Shown in pieces: positions 7,139 to 15,144 of a stretch of DNA of 36,671 nt. Positions within the stretch are counted from its first letter, which is position 1. Every line of letters begins with the position of its first letter. Where the stretch lies: positions 1 to 36,671 of IMG/VR virus record IMGVR_UViG_3300042244_000017. One strand, 5' to 3'. The translations under genes and the position numbers were made by a program. The DNA is from a virus. Its lineage: Duplodnaviria > Caudoviricetes. The notes beneath the pieces are model-generated. The model was not told the origin of the DNA and ran no database searches. It worked only from the letters and a program-made list of their open reading frames with translations.

Positions 7139-8841
7139 TGGCAAGCGCGATCCAGATCGACGATCTTCTCGGCTCGTCCGAGGGGGCCAGCGCCGCCCCC
7201 GTTCCCGTCCCTGCGGTGGGTGGCGCTGGTTCAAATCTTGCGATGGGCGGGGCCTATGAGGCGGCTGATCGCTATGAGCGTTCGATGGCGCTGTGGACGC
7301 CACCGCTCACGATGGCCGATCAGGAAATTCTGCCCGCCAAGCACCTCGCCGATGCTCGCGTTCGCGACACGCTGCGGAATGACGCCTATTTCGTCAACGC
7401 GGCGAATATGCACCGCGACCACATTGTCGGCAGCATTTTTCTTCTCAACTCCAAACCAGCCTCGCGCGTGCTCTTCGGGGCCGCCGACGATATGTGGGAA
7501 GCCGAGTTTCAGGAAGAAATCGAAGAGAAGTTCACTCTTTGGGCCGAAAGTGACGAATGTTGGGTTGACGCAACTCGGCGGAATACGTTCTCCGAACTCG
7601 TGCGTCTCGCTGTCGGCATTCACTTCATGGGCGGCGAAGTCATTGCCAGCGCCGAGTGGTTGCGCGAAGAAGCAGATCGCCCGTTCAAGACCGCAATTCA
7701 GATGCTCGATCTCGAACGGGTTTCGACACCGCCGCAGTATAGTGCTGACATCGGCGTTCGCGGCGGTGTGCGCCGGAACAGCCGCGGTCGCCCGGTCGGC
7801 TACTACGTGCGTGATGCACACCCGACCGATTATCGCGATCCGCGCGCTCATCAGTGGAAGTTTGTCGATTCGGCAAAGCCGTGGGGTCGTCGCCAGATGA
7901 TCCATGTCTTCGAGCAGATGCGGCCTGACCAGACCCGAGGGATTGCCGAAGTCACCGCGATGCTGCGCGAGTCCAATCAGGCGAAGACCATGCGCGCGGT
8001 CGCGTTGCAGAACATGATCGTGAACTCGTCCTATGCTGCGGCGATCGAGAGCGATCTGCCGACTGACGTTGTTTTCAATATGCTCGGTGGCGGCGGCGTC
8101 GAAAGCGCCGATGCAATGACGGGCGCGATCTCGAACTACATGGAATCCTACCTTTCGACCGTTGCCCAATACGTCGGCAAGTCGAAGTATGCGCAGATCG
8201 ACGGGGTGAAAATCCCGCACCTTCCGCCTGGTTCGAAATTGAACCTGATGCCGGTTGGCCAGGGCGGCTTGCTTGGAACCGATTTCGAGCAATCTCTGCT
8301 TCGCTATATGGGCGCTGGCAGCGGCCTGACCTACGAGCAGTTCTCGCGCGATTACTCCAAGACGAACTATTCGTCGATCAAAGCCGGTCTCGCCGAGACC
8401 GGCCTGTATATGGCTTCGAAGAAGAAGATCATCGCCGATCGTTTCGCGAGCGCGATCCTTCGCTTGTGGATGGAAGAAGCCATCAACGCAAACCAGATCG
8501 AGACGCTCAAGCGTCGCGAGGTGCCGAACTTTTACGAGCCGCTGATGGCCGAAGCCTACACGGCCTGTGAATGGATCGGCTCTTCGCGCCATCAGATCGA
8601 CGAACTCAAGGAAACGCAGGCTGCGGTCGCCCGTATCAACGCGGGCCTGACCACTCGTGAGATCGAGATCGCCCGCTTTGGCCGTGATTACCGCAAGGTC
8701 TTCCGCCAGTTGTCGCGGGAGAAGGCTCTTGCCGAAGACCTCGGCCTCGATTTCTCGGGCAACGATGCAATGATGGGCGCCGTTGAGGCGGCGACCGATG
8801 AAGAAGATCAGGAAGCAAAGGCGCCCCGCAATGACCAGTAA
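7138..8841 (+). CDS. Portal protein, lambda family
   Basis: 'ARVRDTLRND', 'RPDQTRGI', 'YEQFSRDYSKTNYSS', 'IDELKE'; position in the head module. Confidence 0.95.
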   Translation: MASAIQIDDLLGSSEGASAAPVPVPAVGGAGSNLAMGGAYEAADRYERSMALWTPPLTMADQEILPAKHLADARVRDTLRNDAYFVNAANMHRDHIVGSIFLLNSKPASRVLFGAADDMWEAEFQEEIEEKFTLWAESDECWVDATRRNTFSELVRLAVGIHFMGGEVIASAEWLREEADRPFKTAIQMLDLERVSTPPQYSADIGVRGGVRRNSRGRPVGYYVRDAHPTDYRDPRAHQWKFVDSAKPWGRRQMIHVFEQMRPDQTRGIAEVTAMLRESNQAKTMRAVALQNMIVNSSYAAAIESDLPTDVVFNMLGGGGVESADAMTGAISNYMESYLSTVAQYVGKSKYAQIDGVKIPHLPPGSKLNLMPVGQGGLLGTDFEQSLLRYMGAGSGLTYEQFSRDYSKTNYSSIKAGLAETGLYMASKKKIIADRFASAILRLWMEEAINANQIETLKRREVPNFYEPLMAEAYTACEWIGSSRHQIDELKETQAAVARINAGLTTREIEIARFGRDYRKVFRQLSREKALAEDLGLDFSGNDAMMGAVEAATDEEDQEAKAPRNDQ

Positions 8842-10147
8842 CCCTTTCATGTCGCGGTTCAATCAGGCCCCGGCGCTGGTGAATCCGGAATTGCAGCTTC
8901 ACTTCGAGGCCTGCTTGACCGCAGGTGCCGCACACATCGAACGGTTCGAGAAGCCGATCGAGGCGATCTCCGCCGAGGCCCACGATAACGATGACGGCTT
9001 CTGGCCTGCCGAGGATTCCTACACCGCCTTCTATCGTCCTTACAAGGTGCTCAACGGCACCCTGCGGATCGATGTGAAGGGCGTTCTCATCAACGACTTT
9101 CCGTATCAGGTCTCAGACTGGTTGACCGGCTACGAATATATCTCGCGTGCGGTGAATCGTGGGCTTGCTGATCCCGATGTGAAGCGAATTGCGCTGATGG
9201 TGAACTCGCCTGGTGGCACCGTGGCCGAGTGCTTCGAATGCGCCGATGTGATCGCCAGCGCCCGCGAACAGAAGCCGATCCAAGGTTTCGCCCGCGACTA
9301 TGCCTATTCGGCGGCCTACGCGCTCATCAGCGCAACGTCGAATATCCACATGACGCGCACTGGCGGCGTTGGGTCGATTGGCGTTGTTACCGCACACACC
9401 GACATCAGCAAGCGTATGGATGCGATGGGGATGAAAGTCACCTTCATCTACGCTGGAAAGCATAAGGTCGATGGCAATCCATACGAGCCGCTTCCCGAAG
9501 CCGTGAAGGATCGGATGCAGGCGCAAATTGATGAACTCTACGAAGTGTTCGTGTCCCATGTGGCACGCCACCGGACGATGAGTGAAGACGAGGTTCGGGC
9601 AACCGAAGCCGACACCTTCACCGCGACCGAAGCCACCTCAAACGGATTGGCCGATTCGGCTGGCCCGCTTGAAGCAGCCCTGGCCTCATTCGAGGCCGAA
9701 ATGTCCAACGAAACGGAGTCTGATATTATGTCCCAGGATAAGGACACTTCGGCGACCCTTGAGGCCGCCGTGAATACCGCCCGCGCAGAAGCTTTGCGTG
9801 AAGGCGCATCGCTCGAACGCGCGCGCATCACCGCGATCCTCGGTTGCGATGCAGCCAAGAACCGCCCCGTGGCCGCGCAGAACGTGGCGATGGAAACCGA
9901 GATGAGCGTTGAGGCGGCGACCAACTTCCTCGCAAAGCTGCCCGAAGAAGCGACCCCGGTTGCTTCGACTGGTGGCGAAGGCGCTGGCGTCGGTGCCAAT
10001 CGCTTCGACAAGGCGATGACGAGCACGGGCAATCCGAACCTGAGCGGCAACGATCACGGCGAAGGTAGCAACGAGCCGACCGGCGCTCAGTCGCTCATCG
10101 CTGCCCGCAAGGCTGCCACCGGCTTCGGCCCGAAGAAGGTCGCTTAA
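8831..10147 (+). CDS. S49 prohead protease with C-terminal scaffold (lambda C-like)
   Basis: 'NSPGG', 'AYSAAY', 'GSIGV' and 'AGKHKVDGNPYEPL' motifs. Confidence 0.93.
   Translation: MTSNPFMSRFNQAPALVNPELQLHFEACLTAGAAHIERFEKPIEAISAEAHDNDDGFWPAEDSYTAFYRPYKVLNGTLRIDVKGVLINDFPYQVSDWLTGYEYISRAVNRGLADPDVKRIALMVNSPGGTVAECFECADVIASAREQKPIQGFARDYAYSAAYALISATSNIHMTRTGGVGSIGVVTAHTDISKRMDAMGMKVTFIYAGKHKVDGNPYEPLPEAVKDRMQAQIDELYEVFVSHVARHRTMSEDEVRATEADTFTATEATSNGLADSAGPLEAALASFEAEMSNETESDIMSQDKDTSATLEAAVNTARAEALREGASLERARITAILGCDAAKNRPVAAQNVAMETEMSVEAATNFLAKLPEEATPVASTGGEGAGVGANRFDKAMTSTGNPNLSGNDHGEGSNEPTGAQSLIAARKAATGFGPKKVA
9728..10147 (+). CDS. Probable in-frame internal scaffolding protein (Nu3-like)
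   Basis: GGAG at 9715-9718 before in-frame ATG 9728 (MSQDKD...ERARITAIL). Same arrangement as lambda C/Nu3. Confidence 0.6.
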   Translation: MSQDKDTSATLEAAVNTARAEALREGASLERARITAILGCDAAKNRPVAAQNVAMETEMSVEAATNFLAKLPEEATPVASTGGEGAGVGANRFDKAMTSTGNPNLSGNDHGEGSNEPTGAQSLIAARKAATGFGPKKVA

Positions 10148-10161
10148 TCGCGCCTTTGAGT

Positions 10162-10176
10162 TCAACCTTTTAGTGA
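10162..10176. promoter_or_regulatory. 15-bp operator-like motif
   Basis: TCAACCTTTTAGTGA upstream of the decoration gene. Confidence 0.7.
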
Positions 10177-10188
10177 AGGAATAATCTC

Positions 10189-10593
10189 ATGCCCAATATC
10201 CCTTATGGCGGCGAAGGCGTTGCGCAGGGTATCGACACCCAGGAGTTTAGCTACAACGAACTCCTGACCGGCCATGCTCCCGCATTCCTGACTGTCCCAG
10301 GCTACCAAGCCGATGGCACGGTTGCGATGGCGGCTTTCACCGTGGTCGGCGTCAATGCCGGTGCGCTCGTTCCGGCTGTTCTCGGTGGGGCTACTCCGAT
10401 TGCCCCGATCGGCATTTTGCCCGCCCCGATTCTCGCGAGCGGAAACGTGCAGAAAGTCGGCCTGATCCGCGGCGGGAACTTCAACGTCGATGCTCTGGTT
10501 TTCGATGCTTCTTTCGCAACGGAAGCGGACAAGCTGGCTGCGTTTGAAGGCGCACCGACCCCCACCAACATCGTCTTGCAGAAGGTCGGCTAA
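10189..10593 (+). CDS. Head decoration protein (gpD-like)
   Basis: Between protease and capsid genes; 'PIGIL...GNFNVDALVF'; AAGGA SD. Confidence 0.85.
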   Translation: MPNIPYGGEGVAQGIDTQEFSYNELLTGHAPAFLTVPGYQADGTVAMAAFTVVGVNAGALVPAVLGGATPIAPIGILPAPILASGNVQKVGLIRGGNFNVDALVFDASFATEADKLAAFEGAPTPTNIVLQKVG

Positions 10594-10640
10594 TCGCCGC
10601 CCGTTAAGCACGACCTTTCTCAAGAAGAGGAAAGCAAGAA

Positions 10641-11684
10641 ATGACTATCACCCCTCAGTTCTACGATACTGAATCCCTCCTCGGAGTGATGCAGGAAGAA
10701 GACCCTGTAAACTTCTATTGGGCGGCGATGTTCTCGAACCAGATCAACTCGGACGACGAGTATATCGACTTCGAGAAGATTCCGCATCAGGGCCGGAAGT
10801 TGGCGCCGTTCGTTACCCCTCTTGCGCAGGGTAAGCCGATCTATAGCCGTCGGGCCATCCTGAATCGCGTCAAGCCCGCCTACATCAAGCCGAAGGATGC
10901 TGTGTCGCCGGATCGCGTGATGAAGCGCAAGCCTGGGGAACTGCTCGCCCCGACGCCGATGTCGCCGGAACAGCGCCGTCAAGCTGTGATTGCTGACATC
11001 ATCGTGCAGCACAACGAAGCGATCGATCGTTCTCTCGAATGGCTGGCTGCGCGTGCTGTGATCGACGGCAAGGTTGTGATCGGCGACGATCTGATGCCCG
11101 AGCGCGAAGTCGATTTCCAACGTGACGCTGCCCACACCGTCGCCCTCGGCGCTGGTGCCCGGTGGAACGAAGGGACCGCCACCATCGTCGAGAACATCGA
11201 ATCGTGGCGCACGCTGGCGCGTCGGGCTTCGTTCGGTGGCCGGATGAACCGCATCACCATCGGTGCCGACGCTTGGGATGTCATGCGGAAGAGCGACGAG
11301 ATCAAGGCGTTGCTCGACCTCTACACCCGTGGCACTGACGGCAACGTCCGAACCGGGATTTCGGCTGACGCCGAAATCGAATTTGTCGGTCAGCTTGCAC
11401 CCGATCTGCAAGCCTACGTCTATTCGGATTATTACGAGACGAACGCTGGCGACATTGTGCCGTTCCTCGATCCGAAGGCCGTGGTTCTGACCGGCCCGAG
11501 CATGATGGGTTATCGTTGCTTCGGTGCGATTCAGGACCCGTATGCGCAGTATCGCCCCTTCGAGAAGTTCCCCCGGAACTTCCGTCAGGACGATCCGGCT
11601 GGCGAGTTCGTGATGACTCAGTCCGCCCCGCTGATGGTTCCGGTCAATCCGAACGTCACCTTCAAGGCGACGGTTCTGGCTTAA
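10641..11684 (+). CDS. Major capsid protein (lambda E family)
   Basis: 'LAPFVTP', 'KPAYIKPKD', 'MTQSAPLMVP'; 347 aa. Confidence 0.95.
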   Translation: MTITPQFYDTESLLGVMQEEDPVNFYWAAMFSNQINSDDEYIDFEKIPHQGRKLAPFVTPLAQGKPIYSRRAILNRVKPAYIKPKDAVSPDRVMKRKPGELLAPTPMSPEQRRQAVIADIIVQHNEAIDRSLEWLAARAVIDGKVVIGDDLMPEREVDFQRDAAHTVALGAGARWNEGTATIVENIESWRTLARRASFGGRMNRITIGADAWDVMRKSDEIKALLDLYTRGTDGNVRTGISADAEIEFVGQLAPDLQAYVYSDYYETNAGDIVPFLDPKAVVLTGPSMMGYRCFGAIQDPYAQYRPFEKFPRNFRQDDPAGEFVMTQSAPLMVPVNPNVTFKATVLA

Positions 11685-11711
11685 TCGCCCGGAACTTCCT
11701 GCAAACAAGGC

Positions 11712-11738
11712 TCCCGAGGGCTTCGGCCCTCGGGATTT
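11712..11738 (+). terminator. Hairpin after the capsid gene (probable leaky terminator or stabiliser)
   Basis: TCCCGAGGGC-TTCG-GCCCTCGGGA, a 10-bp stem with UUCG loop followed by only TTT. Confidence 0.65.
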
Positions 11739-11763
11739 CCCCAAACCGAAAGGGACAAATATC

Positions 11764-12099
11764 ATGCCAACTTTCACAGCAATCAATCGCATCGAACGCC
11801 GCGTCAAAGGTCAAACTGTCATTACCAATCCGGGCGATACCATCGTTCTCTCTGGTGAAGAAGCCGACGAAATGGTCGCGCTCGGTGCAGTTCGGGAAGG
11901 CTCGGACGATCTGAGCGACGAAACCGCTGACGACCAGGTTCCGGCCAAGACCGCCAAGCAGAAGAAGGCCAAGACCGCCAAGCAGAAGAAGGCCGAAGCC
12001 GCCGCTGCCGAGAAGTCTGCCGCTGACGAAGCCGCCGCTGCCGAGAAGGCTGCCGCTGACGAAGCCGCCGCTGGCACCGACAGCGGGGACTTGCTCTAA
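11764..12099 (+). CDS. Capsid-adjacent protein (gpFI-like position) with Ala/Lys-rich repeats
   Basis: 'PGDTIVLSGEEADEMVALGAV' then AKTAKQKK x2 and AAAAEKxAADE x2. Confidence 0.7.
   Translation: MPTFTAINRIERRVKGQTVITNPGDTIVLSGEEADEMVALGAVREGSDDLSDETADDQVPAKTAKQKKAKTAKQKKAEAAAAEKSAADEAAAAEKAAADEAAAGTDSGDLL
11943..12072 (+). repeat. Two intragenic tandem repeats (24 bp x2 and 33 bp x2)
   Basis: GGCCAAGACCGCCAAGCAGAAGAA x2; GCCGCCGCTGCCGAGAAG(T/G)CTGCCGCTGACGAA x2. Confidence 0.85.
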
Positions 12100-12100
12100 G

Positions 12101-12490
12101 ATGCCTCGCCGCAGCTTCCGTGAGGTGCTGCGCAAGGGACGCCGGGACATCCACGAACAGTTGGAAGTCCCGGCGCTCTATATTGCCTTCGACGGGGCCG
12201 ATCCGGTTCCCGTCGATATCCGCGTGCATCGCCAGTTTGCCCAAACCGGCGACATGGGATCAAAGGTCAAGGGTTACGCGCAGATGGTCGAAGTTTCGCC
12301 CCGCGTGATCTTCCTCGTCGAACAACTGGCTGACGCGCGCAACGGGGGAATCTTCTCCGTCGTCGCAGGTGAAGCATACCGCGTTGAACGCACCGATCCC
12401 ACCAACGACATCACCCGCACAGCCGATGTCTCTATCATGCCCCTGGCCGAAACGATCGGCCTTCCTATTCCGGTGGTCGAATTGCCATGA
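12101..12490 (+). CDS. Head-tail joining/closure protein (gpFII-like)
   Basis: Position and size; beta-rich sequence 'GEAYRVERTDP'. Confidence 0.7.
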   Translation: MPRRSFREVLRKGRRDIHEQLEVPALYIAFDGADPVPVDIRVHRQFAQTGDMGSKVKGYAQMVEVSPRVIFLVEQLADARNGGIFSVVAGEAYRVERTDPTNDITRTADVSIMPLAETIGLPIPVVELP

Positions 12491-13089
12491 GCAGTCCTTA
12501 CGTCGTCGCTGTGGAAGGCTTGAACGAAACGATCGCCTCGATCGACGAAATGCCCGCGAGCGTGCTCCGTTTTGCCCGGATGGCTATCAACACCACAACG
12601 AAGAAGGCCCGCACTCTAGCTTCTCGGCGGATCAGGGACCAGGTCAGCTTCTCGGCAACCTACCTGTCCGATGGCAATGGCCGCCTGTCGATCACGAAGA
12701 GCGCAACCGAAAACGATCTTGAGGCGCGGATTCGCGGTCGCTTCCGACCCACTTCGCTCGCCCGTTTCGCTACGTCATCGAGCAGCCGGGGCGTTCGTGT
12801 TCGCGTCAAACCCGGCTCAGGCCAGTTGATGCGGCGGGCCTTTCTGATGAAACTGCGCGCGGGCAGTGCGCCGATCGATACCAAGTCAAATCAGGGACTC
12901 GCTATTCGCCTGAAACCCGGTGAGCGGGTGGAGAACAAGCGCCGGATGCTTCAAGTCGCCGGTAATCTCTACCTCCTCTTTGGCCCAAGTGTCGATCAGG
13001 TCTTCGCTTCGACCGCAGAAGAGATCGCACCCGAAACTTCCGATATTCTCGAAGCCGAGTTTCTCCGCTTGCTGGATAGGTTCAACTGA
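12487..13089 (+). CDS. Tail completion/neck protein (gpZ-like)
   Basis: Basic protein, 'AINTTTKKART', C-terminal 'LFGPSVDQVF'. Confidence 0.75.
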   Translation: MSSPYVVAVEGLNETIASIDEMPASVLRFARMAINTTTKKARTLASRRIRDQVSFSATYLSDGNGRLSITKSATENDLEARIRGRFRPTSLARFATSSSSRGVRVRVKPGSGQLMRRAFLMKLRAGSAPIDTKSNQGLAIRLKPGERVENKRRMLQVAGNLYLLFGPSVDQVFASTAEEIAPETSDILEAEFLRLLDRFN

Positions 13090-13646
13090 TGCCTGAAAAC
13101 GTCCCCTTCAAGAGCCGCGTGCTCGACGCACTGACCGAAGTGGTCGCCTCGATCACCCCGGCGAACGGATATACCAGCGACCTCGGCACGTTCATTCATA
13201 CAGACGGCGCTGAGATGCGGCGCGTCTATCGGGGTCGGGCGTTCTTCGGTGACAACGATCCCCTACCGATGGTCGCAATCCTTGAACGGCCCGACCCTGC
13301 CGACGAACTGGCTGAGCCGCCTCGCGATTCCACCACCGGAACCTACGACTGGAACCTTATCGTTCAAGGCTTCGTGCAGGACGATAAGGACGATCCGACC
13401 GATCCGGCCTACATCATCCTTGCCGACATCAGGCACCGACTGGCTGTTGAGCGTAATCGACGCGATGATTCCGGGCGCATTCCCAACCCGCTCGGCTTCG
13501 GCGGGCGTCGTAAACACAACCGGATTGAAGAACTCAGTTTCGGGCCAGGGGTCGTTCGCCCCGCCGATGAAGTCTCAGCCAAGGCTTATTTTTGGCTCGG
13601 GGTGACGCTCAAGACGTTTGAGGACCCACTTTTCCCTTTCCTCTAG
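13089..13646 (+). CDS. Tail terminator (gpU-like)
   Basis: 'ITPANGYTSDL...VYRGRAFFGDNDPLP'; precedes the tail tube gene. Confidence 0.72.
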   Translation: MPENVPFKSRVLDALTEVVASITPANGYTSDLGTFIHTDGAEMRRVYRGRAFFGDNDPLPMVAILERPDPADELAEPPRDSTTGTYDWNLIVQGFVQDDKDDPTDPAYIILADIRHRLAVERNRRDDSGRIPNPLGFGGRRKHNRIEELSFGPGVVRPADEVSAKAYFWLGVTLKTFEDPLFPFL

Positions 13647-13653
13647 CGTTATT

Positions 13654-13668
13654 TCAACTTAATGGTGA
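13654..13668. promoter_or_regulatory. 15-bp operator-like motif
   Basis: TCAACTTAATGGTGA upstream of the tail tube gene. Confidence 0.7.
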
Positions 13669-13692
13669 ATCGTCTTTCAAAGGAGCAAGCCA

Positions 13693-14466
13693 ATGGCGAA
13701 ACAAAATCAGACTCTCGGACGGGGTGAAATCCACTTCGCTTCGTTCAAGCCGGGGACTCTGATCCCCGATGGCTTCCGCTACCTCGGCAATACGCCGGAG
13801 TTTAACCTCAACGTGAGCAGCGAAACGCTGGCTCACTACTCGATGGACCGCGGCACGAAGATCAAGGACAAGTCGGTCAATTTGCAAACCGACTTCGCCG
13901 GGACGTTCACCTGCGATGACATCAGCCTCGAAAACCTCGCGCTGTTCTTCCTCGGCTCCGCTGGCACTGTTACCCAGGCTTCGGCAGTCGGCGAGAGCGA
14001 AACGATCGTGGGTATCAAGAGCGGTCGCGCTTATCAGATTGGCGAAAGCGACGCCCTGCCGATGGGCGTCCACCAGGTCTCCATTACGGGAGCGGTCGTC
14101 GGCGCGACCCCGCTGGTTGCTGATGTCGATTACACGCTCGACGCGCCGCGCGGTATCATCACCTTCCTCGAAAATTCGCTCGTGGCGGTCGATGGTGCCG
14201 ATGTCGAACTGACCTACGACCTGGCCGCCATCAGCTACGACCGCACGATCTCGGGCAATGCTCAGATCGAAGGTGCGTTGATGTTCATCGCCTTCAACGC
14301 CGAAGGCGATGATATCGATTACCGGATGGCGCACGTTCGTATTTCTCCGAATGGCGATCTCCCGCTCAAGGGTGACGACTGGATGACGACCCCGTTCTCG
14401 GTGGAAGTCATCAAGCCCGCCAATCGGGAAGCCATCTACTCGAACGGTCAACCTTACACGGTCTGA
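13693..14466 (+). CDS. Major tail tube protein
   Basis: 'LGRGEIHF...RYLGNTPEF', 'PNGDLPLKGDDW'; AAGGAG SD. Confidence 0.88.
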   Translation: MAKQNQTLGRGEIHFASFKPGTLIPDGFRYLGNTPEFNLNVSSETLAHYSMDRGTKIKDKSVNLQTDFAGTFTCDDISLENLALFFLGSAGTVTQASAVGESETIVGIKSGRAYQIGESDALPMGVHQVSITGAVVGATPLVADVDYTLDAPRGIITFLENSLVAVDGADVELTYDLAAISYDRTISGNAQIEGALMFIAFNAEGDDIDYRMAHVRISPNGDLPLKGDDWMTTPFSVEVIKPANREAIYSNGQPYTV

Positions 14467-14484
14467 CAGGAAGGCTAGGGACAC

Positions 14485-14991
14485 ATGGGTAGCCTCAAGA
14501 GCATTGTGCTTCACAGAGAGACGATCAAGGTGGTCGGCGGTGAGTTCACCGTCGGCCCCCTCAACGTCGGAGATATTATGGCGCTCTTCATTGGGCACCG
14601 ATCTCATGTCGAGCACATCTTCGATTCCTACCGCAAGGGGGAGCAGGAGACCGACCTTCTCATCAACCTGGCCGTCACGGTTCCCGAACTGGTGGCTGAG
14701 ATCATTGCCCGCGGTGCGGGTGAGCCTGATGACGAGGCGATTTCCAAGGCACGCCAGCTTGACTTTGGTGCGCAACTGATCGCGCTCGAAAAGATCGCCC
14801 TTCTGACCGTCGAAACGGTTGGTGGCTTGGGAAACCTAGCAATGCTGATCGAGCGCCTGTCAGCAAACGTGAAAAGCACATTGGCGCAGCCCGGATCACC
14901 GCAGCAGAGTTCGTCCACGGACTCCGCGAAAAGTGCTCAGCCCTCCTCGCCGCAGGACACGCCGATGCCTACGAATATCCCCTCTGGCTAG
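14485..14991 (+). CDS. Tail assembly chaperone (G-like)
   Basis: Between tube and tape measure genes; contains in-frame slippery G GGA AAC at 14829-14835. Confidence 0.85.
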   Translation: MGSLKSIVLHRETIKVVGGEFTVGPLNVGDIMALFIGHRSHVEHIFDSYRKGEQETDLLINLAVTVPELVAEIIARGAGEPDDEAISKARQLDFGAQLIALEKIALLTVETVGGLGNLAMLIERLSANVKSTLAQPGSPQQSSSTDSAKSAQPSSPQDTPMPTNIPSG

Positions 14992-15137
14992 TGTGGCAGG
15001 AAGCCGAACTGGTCTCTGAGCGGGAGAACCAACGCCTCTCTACCGAGGCAACACTGATCCAAGCCGCAGCGGCTTCCATCATGTCCAAAGAGGGCGGTGG
15101 ATATTTTCGCGGACTGATTGACCTTTTGAGGAAGTGA
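14829..15137 (+). CDS. -1 frameshift extension of the tail chaperone (GT-like)
   Basis: The -1 frame is open from the slippery site to TGA 15135-15137 (...LLAAGHADAYEYPLWLVWQEAE...IDLLRK) and ends at the SD of the tape measure gene. Confidence 0.82.
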   Translation, partial: GKPSNADRAPVSKREKHIGAARITAAEFVHGLREKCSALLAAGHADAYEYPLWLVWQEAELVSERENQRLSTEATLIQAAAASIMSKEGGGYFRGLIDLLRK

Positions 15138-15144
15138 GGAGTCG

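Noticed and set aside
7231-8862. 543-aa antisense ORF over the portal (similar ones at 5382-6410 and 10620-11807)
   Set aside because: Antisense shadows of high-GC coding sequence with no motifs or SD. The MTase +1 ORF differs in carrying a missing functional motif.
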